The notes under the pieces were generated by a model. The model was not told the DNA's origin. It ran no database searches and saw nothing but the letters and a program-made list of their open reading frames with translations. A program made the position numbers and the translations under genes. From an uncultured Bacteroides sp. (GTDB lineage: Bacteria > Bacteroidota > Bacteroidia > Bacteroidales > GCA-2748055), in the NCBI GenBank assembly GCA_964604655.1, contig CAZRZY010000008.1:11087-75086 (forward strand): a stretch of DNA of 64,000 bases, read 5' to 3'. Position 1 is the stretch's first letter. Every line of letters begins with the position of its first letter. Of the stretch, positions 38,499-47,636 are shown in pieces.

Positions 38499-39478
38499 GA
38501 ATACTCCTGTTGGTTAATCAGGTGGGGAGTGTGACGGGTATCGAATTCGAATTGGAGAGTCAGATGGGAAATATGAAAATCATTTCGGAGCATCTGTTCC
38601 ACATCCTGGCGGACCTGTTTTACCTGGCTGAGCTTAAGGTCCTCTTTAAGCTCGATGTGGGCCTCCAGGTGAATCGCCCGGTCGTTTTGCATCCAAGTGT
38701 GCAGATGGTGTATGCCCAGTACGGGGGGGAATTGTTCCATGTGCCGTTTTACCCGCTGAAGATCCAGATTCTCCGGTGCCGTTTGAAACAGGACTTTGAC
38801 CGATTCCTTCAGGATTACAAAGGCTTCCCTGAGGAGGTAGGCCGATATCAACAGGGTGATTAGCGGATCTATCCACCAGAAACCGAAAAGCTGAATCAGT
38901 ACCCCTCCGGCTATAACTGCCAGGGAGGAGATACTGCCGCTTAACTGGTGGAAAAAAGCAGTGCGGACATGAATACTTTTCTTCGAATGCTTCCTCAGGA
39001 TGATCAGCCCGTAGAGATTGGCAAGCAGGCCGATCATGGCCACTACGATCATAATCAGTGAAACCAGTGGCCTGGGATCATTCCACCGGGCCCATGCTTC
39101 CCGCAAAAGGAATATGCCCGATACCAGAAGGATTACTGCATTCACCAGGGCTGCCAGCATCTCCCGACGCTGATATCCGGATATTTTCTTCGGCGCGGTG
39201 TTTCGCTTGCCGATCAGGATAGCGAAAAACCCGATGAAGGCAGCAAAGCTGTTGCTGAGATGATGAAGTGCATGGGAGAGCAGGGAAAGACTGCCGGAAA
39301 GGATTCCGCCTGCTACTTCCACGATGCTGATCACCAGATTCAGGAGTGTGACAGCCAGGAAATTATTTTCGTTCACCGGGTGATAACGGCGGTGGCGTTT
39401 TGCTTTAGCCGATCCGTTCCCGTTTTCTCCGCTTTTCGCGTTTCCTTCCTCTATGACTCTATTTCGGATTTCTTCCAT
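38495..39478 (-). CDS. Cation diffusion facilitator (CzcD/ZitB-like) with altered metal site
   Basis: EVAGG..SGSLSLL, GYQRRE, HHLHTW and HLTLQFE; site-A Asp residues replaced. Confidence 0.88.
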   Translation of the reverse strand: MEEIRNRVIEEGNAKSGENGNGSAKAKRHRRYHPVNENNFLAVTLLNLVISIVEVAGGILSGSLSLLSHALHHLSNSFAAFIGFFAILIGKRNTAPKKISGYQRREMLAALVNAVILLVSGIFLLREAWARWNDPRPLVSLIMIVVAMIGLLANLYGLIILRKHSKKSIHVRTAFFHQLSGSISSLAVIAGGVLIQLFGFWWIDPLITLLISAYLLREAFVILKESVKVLFQTAPENLDLQRVKRHMEQFPPVLGIHHLHTWMQNDRAIHLEAHIELKEDLKLSQVKQVRQDVEQMLRNDFHISHLTLQFEFDTRHTPHLINQQEYS

Positions 39479-39480
39479 GG

Positions 39481-40287
39481 CTAAAGGAATAGTAACAGAC
39501 TGATGGACATAACTGCCATTCCGCCAACGAACCCGTAAACCGAATGGTGGTGTAAGCCATACTCCTGGGCAGTGGGCAGCAGTTCATCGATCGAGATAAA
39601 GACCATGATGCCTGCTACAGCGGCGAATATCAGACCGAAAAGTGTTTCATTCAGGTAGGGCATCAGTATCAGGTATGCCAGCAGGGCCCCGACGGGTTCG
39701 GCCAGACCGGATAGGAACGAAAGGAAGAAACCCTTCCTCCTGCTTCCGGTGCCGTAGGAGATTGGAACAGATACCGCTATCCCTTCAGGTATGTTATGGA
39801 TGGCAATTGCCACAGCAATGGGAATGGCGATGGAGGTATCGGTAAGGCCGGCGATAAAGGTGGCAATTCCTTCCGGGAAGTTATGGATGGCAATGGCCAG
39901 GGCTGTGAACAATCCCATCCGGACCAGCCGGGGATCTTTTTTCTCGTTCTGGGCAACATCTTCCACTCTTCTGATCTCGTGAGGATTATCGATATCCGGA
40001 ATGATGCGGTCGATAACGGCGATCAGAAAGATCCCCGAGAAAAAGGCCAGGACGGTATACCAGGCAGCCGCTGTATCCCCAAATCCGGTAGCCAGCGATT
40101 CCCTGGCTTTCTGAAGGATCTCAAAAAAGGAGACATAGACCATGACTCCGGCAGAAAAACCCAGGCTTACTGAAAGGAACCGGGTACTGGTACTTCTTGT
40201 GAAAAATGCCAAGGCGCTGCCGATACCGGTGGAGAGACCGGCAAAGAGAGTAAGGCCGAACGCCATCCAGAAATTTCCTTCTTCCAT
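39481..40287 (-). CDS. zupT: ZIP family metal transporter
   Basis: LGFSAGVM, HNFPEG, HNIPEG, SGLAEP and DELLP motifs. Confidence 0.93.
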   Translation of the reverse strand: MEEGNFWMAFGLTLFAGLSTGIGSALAFFTRSTSTRFLSVSLGFSAGVMVYVSFFEILQKARESLATGFGDTAAAWYTVLAFFSGIFLIAVIDRIIPDIDNPHEIRRVEDVAQNEKKDPRLVRMGLFTALAIAIHNFPEGIATFIAGLTDTSIAIPIAVAIAIHNIPEGIAVSVPISYGTGSRRKGFFLSFLSGLAEPVGALLAYLILMPYLNETLFGLIFAAVAGIMVFISIDELLPTAQEYGLHHHSVYGFVGGMAVMSISLLLFL

Positions 40288-40299
40288 ACTGAGCGGTCG

Positions 40300-41175
40300 T
40301 TAGGTTTTGGCCTTCCTTCCTTTTTTCGGGGGTTTGGGAATCGGTTCCCGGGAGAAGTACTTTGGAGAACTTTTCGTCCAAAGGATCATTGCCACCCCGG
40401 CAATAATAAATGGCAGACTCAGGAGCTGTCCCATATTGAATCGCATTCCTGCCTCAAAGGCTACCTGGTCATTCTTTACAAACTCGATGAGGAACCGTGT
40501 CGAGAAAAGCAGGATCATGAAAACCCCGAATATGTAACCATCGCGCACTTTCATGTGACGTTTCCGGTAGAAAATAAAGAGGACCGTGAAGATCAGAATA
40601 TAACTGAGTGCTTCATATAATTGGGTGGGGTGGCGGGGAACGGTCGGAAGCAGTTCTCCGGTCGTGGAATCATAGAGTTTGTCCCTGACAAATTCAATCC
40701 CCCACGGAAGATCGGTGGGGAGTCCGTATATCTCCGAATTAAACAGATTGCCCAGCCGGATGAATGCTCCGCCCAGGGCCACAACGATTACGATCCTGTC
40801 AATAAGCCACAGGAATGAAAGCTTGTACCTGCGGATGTACAGCCAAAGAGCCAGCGGGATCCCTATGGCTGCCCCGTGGCTGGCTAACCCCCCTTTCCAG
40901 ATCTTGAGGATCTCCAGCGGATTTTTAAGAAAGTATTCGGGTTCATAGAAAAAACAATGCCCCAGGCGGGCGCCAACCACCGTCCCTATTGCAATATAAA
41001 TGAGAAGCTGGTCCAGCATTTCGGAGGTGAGCCTTTCGGTGGCAAGGTATCTGGTGAAAACAAGGTAACCGGAAAGAAATGCAGTGGCAAAGAGCAATCC
41101 GTACCAGCGGATGCTCAGCGAACCAATGCTGAATATCTCAGGATCTACATTCCAGGTAATGGCATTCAGGATCAT
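40300..41175 (-). CDS. lgt: Prolipoprotein diacylglyceryl transferase
   Basis: IRWYG, GARLGH, GGLASHG, RLGNLFNSEIYG, RHPTQLYE, RFLIEF. Confidence 0.97.
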   Translation of the reverse strand: MILNAITWNVDPEIFSIGSLSIRWYGLLFATAFLSGYLVFTRYLATERLTSEMLDQLLIYIAIGTVVGARLGHCFFYEPEYFLKNPLEILKIWKGGLASHGAAIGIPLALWLYIRRYKLSFLWLIDRIVIVVALGGAFIRLGNLFNSEIYGLPTDLPWGIEFVRDKLYDSTTGELLPTVPRHPTQLYEALSYILIFTVLFIFYRKRHMKVRDGYIFGVFMILLFSTRFLIEFVKNDQVAFEAGMRFNMGQLLSLPFIIAGVAMILWTKSSPKYFSREPIPKPPKKGRKAKT

Positions 41176-41191
41176 GGGAACATAATTAAGC

Positions 41192-41243
41192 TACAAATAT
41201 AATAACATTCCGGAGGGTTTCTCCGGAAGCACTTATCTTTGTA
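41192..41243. promoter_or_regulatory. Symmetric bidirectional promoter with central 8-bp inverted repeat
   Basis: Minus-strand TATATTTG 41194-41201, plus-strand TATCTTTG 41234-41241, TTCCGGAG-ggttt-CTCCGGAA at 41208-41228. Confidence 0.7.
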
Positions 41244-41263
41244 TTTCCATTAAATAGAGTGAA

Positions 41264-43048
41264 GTGGCGATCCGATTTCTTATTATCCCATGGTCAGTGG
41301 TTCTTCTATGGGGATGCGCACAACAGGGTTCACCAACGGGTGGACCCAGGGATGAAACCCCTCCCCGGGTAGTGGAAAGTGAGCCCCCAAACTATTCCAC
41401 CATGTTCGAGGCCAGGAAGATCCAGATCACGTTTGATGAGTTCATTGTGCTGGACAATGTGAACCAGGAACTGATCGTCTCGCCGCCCATGGAGGAGAAA
41501 CCCGAGGTAAGATTGCGAAAGAAAACCATCGTCATCCAGTTTGAGGAGGAACTGAAGCAGAACACTACCTATACCTTCAATTTCGGAAATTCCATCAAGG
41601 ATCTCCACGAAGGGAACAAGCTTCAGAATTTCGAATATGTGTTTTCCACAGGGGAGGTTCTCGATTCTCTTTCCGTTCGGGGAACACTGAACTATGCAGA
41701 TGATCTTAGCCGACCGGAGGAACCGGTATCCATCATGCTTTATGAAGACCTCAGGGACTCGGTGCCGCTGACCGATATTCCTCTCTATGTGGGTCGTTCC
41801 AACGACAGCGGGATGTTCAGTGTGAACAACCTGCGGCCGGATGTATACAAGGTCTTTGTATTGAAAGATGGCAACAATAATTTCCTGTTCGATCTGCCCT
41901 CCGAAGAGATCGCCTTCCTGGATTCCTCCCTGATCGTTAATGCGACATTTGCCCGGAAACTATGGGAACAGCAGGACACCACCGGTATGCAGTCCGATAC
42001 CACCAAACCGGGGACCCTTATCGATAGTACAGGCACTGACACGGTTGCTCCGATACTACCGGATCTGAATTCCATTTACATCGATCTGTTGCTCTTCGTG
42101 GAAGACATGGAGATCCAGTATCTGACCGACTACAAAAGAGAGGATCCGCGAAAGATCGAAATGAGCTTTGCCAAGCCTTTGACCGATACCTTCCGATTCC
42201 GTTTCCTGGGGTCCCGCCTGCAGGATCCCGGTTCCTACCTACCTGTTTTTTCGGCTGATCGGGACAGCCTAACCCTTTGGATCAGAGATTCAACGGACTA
42301 CAGGAGGGACACATTGCGAATGAGGATCGACTATACGGTAAAGGACACCGCGGACAATTGGATGACCCAGGCTGACACGCTCCTTCTGACCTACCGGAAG
42401 AGGAGGGGGCAGAAGGACGAACCGGAGGAGCCGGAAAAATTGCAGTTGAGGACCATCCGAAAGGGCGGGGAACAGGACCTTCACAAGGACCTGGCGATCC
42501 GCCTGGACCTTCCTATCAGTGAGTTCCGGGATTCCCTCATATCCGTATTTATGATCCCTGATTCAGTGGAGGTTCCGGCGGATTTTACCTTCAGGCCCGA
42601 CAGCCTGCGGCCCACCAGAGGATGGGTTTCTGTTCCATGGGAATCGGCATCAAAGTACAGGATGTTATTCCTGCCAGGTGCGGTCCGTTCCATTTACCCG
42701 CCAGTGCATGATACAGTGGATGTCACATTTACCACCAGGGACATGGAGTACTATGGAAGGATCCTGCTTCAGCTCCAAAACGTCCGCGGACCCATCCTGG
42801 TTCAGCTTCTGCGCGACGAAAATGTGGTCCGCCGGCAGGTGGCTGACAGGGACGGATTGTTGATCTTCCCTTATCTGAATCCGGGAGACTACAGGGTGAA
42901 GTTCATCCATGACATGAATGGAAATGGCCGGTGGGATACAGGGGATTATCTGGAGAAAAGGCAACCCGAACCGGTGGAGTTCCTGCCGGGCAGTGTAACG
43001 GTCCGATCTAACTGGGACCATGATGTCACCATGGAGCTGAAAAAATAG
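41264..43048 (+). CDS. Ig-like (Big_5-type) domain lipoprotein
   Basis: Lipobox LWGC then AQQGSPTGGPRDETPP; FDEFI, NTTYTFNFG; DxNGNGxWD motif near the C-terminus. Confidence 0.85.
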   Translation: MAIRFLIIPWSVVLLWGCAQQGSPTGGPRDETPPRVVESEPPNYSTMFEARKIQITFDEFIVLDNVNQELIVSPPMEEKPEVRLRKKTIVIQFEEELKQNTTYTFNFGNSIKDLHEGNKLQNFEYVFSTGEVLDSLSVRGTLNYADDLSRPEEPVSIMLYEDLRDSVPLTDIPLYVGRSNDSGMFSVNNLRPDVYKVFVLKDGNNNFLFDLPSEEIAFLDSSLIVNATFARKLWEQQDTTGMQSDTTKPGTLIDSTGTDTVAPILPDLNSIYIDLLLFVEDMEIQYLTDYKREDPRKIEMSFAKPLTDTFRFRFLGSRLQDPGSYLPVFSADRDSLTLWIRDSTDYRRDTLRMRIDYTVKDTADNWMTQADTLLLTYRKRRGQKDEPEEPEKLQLRTIRKGGEQDLHKDLAIRLDLPISEFRDSLISVFMIPDSVEVPADFTFRPDSLRPTRGWVSVPWESASKYRMLFLPGAVRSIYPPVHDTVDVTFTTRDMEYYGRILLQLQNVRGPILVQLLRDENVVRRQVADRDGLLIFPYLNPGDYRVKFIHDMNGNGRWDTGDYLEKRQPEPVEFLPGSVTVRSNWDHDVTMELKK

Positions 43049-43052
43049 CGCA

Positions 43053-44024
43053 CTAGGCGGAACTGCGATCCAGCCTTTTCCAGATCAGGGCAGCAGCTCC
43101 CAGGACAGCGATGTTTTTATTCAGCAGGGCAGAAGGGACGATATCGATTTTATTCTGATAGATGGGCAGCAGGTGCTCCTCCATGCTCTTCTTGGTCGGT
43201 GCAATGATCCAGTCACCCGCCTTTGCCAGTCCCCCGAACAGGAAAATCCTGGCCGGACTGATATGGGCCACGGTATCAGCCAGGCTTCTGCCCAGCAGAA
43301 ATCCGGTTCGCTCAAAGGCTTTTACGGCAATGGGATCTCCATCTTCGGCAAAAGCAGTGATCATTTTTGGTTTCAATTTGGAGAAGGGCACCTTGCGGAA
43401 CTCACTATCCACGATCTCTTCAGCAAGCAACTCAAAGACTGTACGTTTGATTCCGGTGGCAGAAACATACGTTTCAAGGCACCCTCTTTTACCACATCCA
43501 CACTGCCGCCCGTTGGTGACCGCCCTGACATGTCCCAGCTCGCCTGCGAAACCGTCATGACCGTAGATCAGATCACCGTTGACCACCAATCCGCTGCCCA
43601 GTCCGGTGCCAAGAGTGATCATCAGGAAATTCTTCAGGTCCGGTGCATCACCGAAAAGCATCTCACCGAAGGCGGCAGCGTTGGCATCGTTGGTGACAAC
43701 CGTGGGAAAACCAAACTGTTTTTCCATCAGTTTCACAAATTCAATCTTGCCTTTCCAGGCGAGATTGGGAGCATTTTCTATGGACCCGGTATAATAATTT
43801 CCGTTGGGCGCCCCCACACCTATTCCAGAAACCCTGAACTCAGGTTTCAACTTTTTCATCTGTACGGTAACATATTCATGCAGCGCCTTGATGAATTTTT
43901 CAATGGTCGGATAACCGGTAGTGGGGATTTCATCTTCCAGGTGGATTTTTCCATGATGGTCCACCAGACCGAATCTTGTATAAGTACCGCCAATGTCAAT
44001 TCCCAGAACAACTTCCAGTGCCAT
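43053..44024 (-). CDS. ROK family sugar kinase (glucokinase-like)
   Basis: GIDIGGT, NDANAAAFGE, TLGTGLGSG, GELGH, CGCGKRGCLE; -7 box TACTTTTG at 44052-44059. Confidence 0.94.
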   Translation of the reverse strand: MALEVVLGIDIGGTYTRFGLVDHHGKIHLEDEIPTTGYPTIEKFIKALHEYVTVQMKKLKPEFRVSGIGVGAPNGNYYTGSIENAPNLAWKGKIEFVKLMEKQFGFPTVVTNDANAAAFGEMLFGDAPDLKNFLMITLGTGLGSGLVVNGDLIYGHDGFAGELGHVRAVTNGRQCGCGKRGCLETYVSATGIKRTVFELLAEEIVDSEFRKVPFSKLKPKMITAFAEDGDPIAVKAFERTGFLLGRSLADTVAHISPARIFLFGGLAKAGDWIIAPTKKSMEEHLLPIYQNKIDIVPSALLNKNIAVLGAAALIWKRLDRSSA

Positions 44025-44110
44025 GGTTTGGGAGCAGAATGTTTAGACCGACAAAAGTAATAAATTCGCGCGATTTGGTTAATTTAGTAAGGTGAACCAA
44101 TACTGCGATC

Positions 44111-44965
44111 ATGAAGAACTTCATCGTACCAGTTGACTTTTCCCTGGATTCCCTGAAAGGGCTGGAATGGGCTCTGCTCTTCTCCCGGGAAAGAACCGTC
44201 AATATCCAGATGGTCTATGTCCTTTCCAACAGCAGCAATTTTCAACCCAGCGTGGTAGAACAGGAGCAGAGATACGCCCAGAGTCAATTTGAGAAATTGA
44301 TCCGGGAGTATTCCCCCATCCTGGGCAATGATTCCAGTTTAAGATATATTATTAAAAAGGGGAAAGTCTACCGGGAGGTGGTGAACCAGGCCAACAGTTA
44401 TAAAAATGTGGCTGTTTCTGCTTCCACGCATGGTGCTTCAGGATTCGAGGAGCTTTTTGTCGGAAGCAACGCCCTGAAAATCATCGCGGCAACCTCCCAG
44501 CCGGTGTTTACGATCCGGCACACGCCCATACCTTCTCAGATTAAGAAGATTATTCTTCCCATTAAGCTTCACGTCGATACCCGGCAAAAAGCACCTATGG
44601 CTGCTGATGTGGCCACTCTATTCGGAGCAGAGATTCACGTCATATCGGTTACAAGCCGCAGGAACAAACGGGATCTGGACCGTCTGGATTCTTATGCAAG
44701 ACAGGTGCTCAGCTATTTGAAGGCAAGAAAGATAAAAACGGTATCGAAGGTGCTTACAGGGGAGCATCTGGCCAATATCACCTGCAACTATGCAGAAGCG
44801 GTGGATGCTGACCTGATCACTGTCATGTCCTCCGCCATTGACAAATGGAGTGTTTTTCTGGGTAGTTATGCCCATCAGGTGGTCAATCGTGCCAATGTGC
44901 CTATTCTGAATATCACCCCAAAGGAAAAACATATTCCAACCGGTTTTAACACTCATGCAGGCTAG
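44111..44965 (+). CDS. Universal stress protein (tandem USP domains)
   Basis: IVPVDFS, HGASGFEELFVGSNA and FLGSYAHQVV motifs. Confidence 0.92.
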   Translation: MKNFIVPVDFSLDSLKGLEWALLFSRERTVNIQMVYVLSNSSNFQPSVVEQEQRYAQSQFEKLIREYSPILGNDSSLRYIIKKGKVYREVVNQANSYKNVAVSASTHGASGFEELFVGSNALKIIAATSQPVFTIRHTPIPSQIKKIILPIKLHVDTRQKAPMAADVATLFGAEIHVISVTSRRNKRDLDRLDSYARQVLSYLKARKIKTVSKVLTGEHLANITCNYAEAVDADLITVMSSAIDKWSVFLGSYAHQVVNRANVPILNITPKEKHIPTGFNTHAG

Positions 44966-45001
44966 CTCATCGAAGAGGAAAAGGACCATATCAAAGAGAC
45001 C

Positions 45002-46921
45002 TTGCAGGCCAGGTTAAACGCGTTGCTGGATGCACTGCCTTTTGCTGTCTGGTTTAAAGACAGCAATGGTACGTTTGAACAGGTGAACCAGCTCTTTCTG
45101 CGTTTTGTGAATAAAGAAGCCGATGAGGTGATCGGCAGAGGATTCCGGCAGGTATTCGACCTGGAAGACGCCCGGCAGAGCGAAGAGGGGGAAAAGGATG
45201 TCTTTGAAACCGGAAAGATCAGCCAGGCTACTCATTCAAGGGATCAGAGGATCTTTAAGACATTGAACTTCCCGGTCTTCGGAGCAAACGGGCGGATCTC
45301 TGGTACCGGTGGTTTCCAGGAGGATATTACCAACCTCACAGGATCCCTGCAGGATTTGCACCGGGAGAGGGAGACCCTGGAAGTTCTCCTGGACAATATG
45401 CCATTCTACATCTTCTTTACCGACCGGGAGCACCGGTATATCCGGGTGAATGGCTGGATGGCGCGACTGCTTCGGGTAGCTCATCCGGAGGATGCCATCG
45501 GAAAGGACAGTCATCAGTTTTTTTCCCGAAGAGTGGCACGAAAGATGGAGGAGGAGCTCAGGCAGATCATCGAGACCGGTAAGCCGATCATCAACCGGAT
45601 CGTCTATTTCGAAGATGAGGGGGTGGACGGCTTCTGGATGGAAGAGAATAAGATACCTATCCGGGATGAGCGGGGCATCATTACGATGGTGATGGGGATC
45701 CTGAAGGATGTGACCGATATGGTAATGATCGAGAATGAACTGAAGAATGCCCGTGACAAAGCCCAGGAATCGGACAGGCTGAAAACCTCTTTTCTGGCCA
45801 ATATGTCCCATGAGATCAGGACCCCCATGAACGGAATCGTAGGATTTGCCAATCTTTTAAAGGACCCCGATGTCACTGAAGATGACCGGGATCTTTACCT
45901 GAAACAGATCGAACGCTCCTCCAATCAGCTTCTCAATATCATTGACGATATCATTGATATCTCCAAGATCGAATCGAGCCAGCTGAAGATCAACAACCGG
46001 CTGGTTCGGATCAACGATATCCTGGATGAGATCTACTCCTCCTTTTTCCACAGGATCCGGGGAGATGCACCCGGACAAAAAAAGGTGGCATTCACCCTGA
46101 AGAAGGGCAACGAGGATGTGGATTTCACGATCGTCACCGATGATTTCCGGCTGAGTCAGATTTTCAATAACCTGATTGCGAATGCGATCAAATTCACCCA
46201 GGAAGGGTTTATTACGTTCGGATATTCCATTAAGAACAACCGGTACATCGAGTTCTTTGTAAGCGATAGCGGTATCGGTATACCGGCCGACCAGGTAGAC
46301 CGCATTTTCGACCGCTTTGGACAGGTGAGTAAAGATGAAACCTATCAGCCTTCGGGAACCGGCCTTGGACTTCCTATTTCCAGAAGCCTGGTTCAGCTGA
46401 TGGGAGGAGAGATGTGGCTGGAGACGAAAGAGGGAAAAGGAAGTACCTTCTACTTTACCCTTCCGCTGGTAGTCAAAAAGGCCATCAGCGAGCAGCAGGT
46501 CCTGTTATCCAACAAGTCCTATCAGTGGGAGAAACGGAAGATTGTCGTTGCCGAAGATGAAGAACTGAACTGGATGTTTATCAGGGAGATGCTCAGAAAG
46601 ACCGGGGTAGAACTGCATCGGGCAAAGGATGGAAGAGAAGCCGTAGACCTGACCAGGGGGCTCGCCCCCGATGTAGTCCTGATGGATCTGAAAATGCCGG
46701 AATTGAACGGAATTGAAGCGGTGAAAATGATCAGGGAGTTTAATCCGGAGGTGCCTATTATTGCTCAGACCGCATTTGTGATGGCAGAGGAGAAGGAGGA
46801 GAGTATCCGTGCCGGATGCACCTACTTCGTGACCAAGCCGTTGGACCGTACAGTGGTCATGGAGTTGATCGACCGTTGTTTCCGGGAGTACCATTCCGGG
46901 GAGCAATTACCTGGAGAGTAA
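45002..46921 (+). CDS. Cytoplasmic PAS-PAS hybrid histidine kinase / receiver
   Basis: Two PAS domains, FLANMSHEIRTPMNG, NLIANAIKFT, DSGIG, GTGLGL, receiver VAEDE..LMD..KP; start uncertain (TTG). Confidence 0.93.
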   Translation: MQARLNALLDALPFAVWFKDSNGTFEQVNQLFLRFVNKEADEVIGRGFRQVFDLEDARQSEEGEKDVFETGKISQATHSRDQRIFKTLNFPVFGANGRISGTGGFQEDITNLTGSLQDLHRERETLEVLLDNMPFYIFFTDREHRYIRVNGWMARLLRVAHPEDAIGKDSHQFFSRRVARKMEEELRQIIETGKPIINRIVYFEDEGVDGFWMEENKIPIRDERGIITMVMGILKDVTDMVMIENELKNARDKAQESDRLKTSFLANMSHEIRTPMNGIVGFANLLKDPDVTEDDRDLYLKQIERSSNQLLNIIDDIIDISKIESSQLKINNRLVRINDILDEIYSSFFHRIRGDAPGQKKVAFTLKKGNEDVDFTIVTDDFRLSQIFNNLIANAIKFTQEGFITFGYSIKNNRYIEFFVSDSGIGIPADQVDRIFDRFGQVSKDETYQPSGTGLGLPISRSLVQLMGGEMWLETKEGKGSTFYFTLPLVVKKAISEQQVLLSNKSYQWEKRKIVVAEDEELNWMFIREMLRKTGVELHRAKDGREAVDLTRGLAPDVVLMDLKMPELNGIEAVKMIREFNPEVPIIAQTAFVMAEEKEESIRAGCTYFVTKPLDRTVVMELIDRCFREYHSGEQLPGE

Positions 46922-47586
46922 TGAACAAGGCGGCAGTGATCGTGGCAGGGGGCTCGGGAAGCCGGATGGGCTCTTCGCGTCCGAAGCAGTATCTGGACCT
47001 TTCCGGCAAACCGGTGATCCAACATACCATCGAACGATTCTTTGCTTTTGACGCCTCCATGAGGGTGGTGGTGGTTATCGCCAGCGAACACCTGGACTAC
47101 TGGAAGAACATTTCAGAAATGTTTCCCGGCATTATTACAACGAGCGGTGGTCCAAGCAGGTACTATTCTGTGCAGAATGGACTGGCTAAAATTCCTTCCG
47201 GTAGCGTCGTCGGGGTTCACGATGCTGCAAGGCCGCTGGTGAGCCGGTCGCTGCTGGCCAGGTGTTATGAAACTGCCATAAAGCAGGGAAGTGCCATTCC
47301 CGTTTTAGAAGTAGAAGATACCATTCGCAGGGTGATCAGTAAGGGCCATTCGGAACCGGAGGACCGAACCACCCTGCGAAGAGTGCAGACTCCGCAGGTA
47401 TTTCATGCCGACCTGCTCAGAAAGGCCTATGAGCAATCCGTTCGCCCGGATTTTACCGATGACGCATCGGTCTTTGAAGCTGCCCATGGGAAGCTGTACC
47501 TGGTGGAGGGTGATCCCTCCAATGTAAAGATCACCTGGCCGGTGGACCTGCGGCTGGCCAGGCTCCTGATGGATTCTCATCGCTGA
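46921..47586 (+). CDS. ispD: 2-C-methyl-D-erythritol 4-phosphate cytidylyltransferase
   Basis: VAGGSGSRMG..PKQY, VHDAARP, VQTPQVF, TDDASV, NVKIT; start ATG 46921. Confidence 0.95.
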   Translation: MNKAAVIVAGGSGSRMGSSRPKQYLDLSGKPVIQHTIERFFAFDASMRVVVVIASEHLDYWKNISEMFPGIITTSGGPSRYYSVQNGLAKIPSGSVVGVHDAARPLVSRSLLARCYETAIKQGSAIPVLEVEDTIRRVISKGHSEPEDRTTLRRVQTPQVFHADLLRKAYEQSVRPDFTDDASVFEAAHGKLYLVEGDPSNVKITWPVDLRLARLLMDSHR

Positions 47587-47636
47587 TCCATCATCTGAAT
47601 TATTTATTACCTTGCATGCCTCAGGTCAAATAATGT

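Noticed and set aside
43173-44060. 295-aa + strand ORF opposite the ROK kinase
   Set aside because: Codon-register shadow of a conserved gene; no domain signal.
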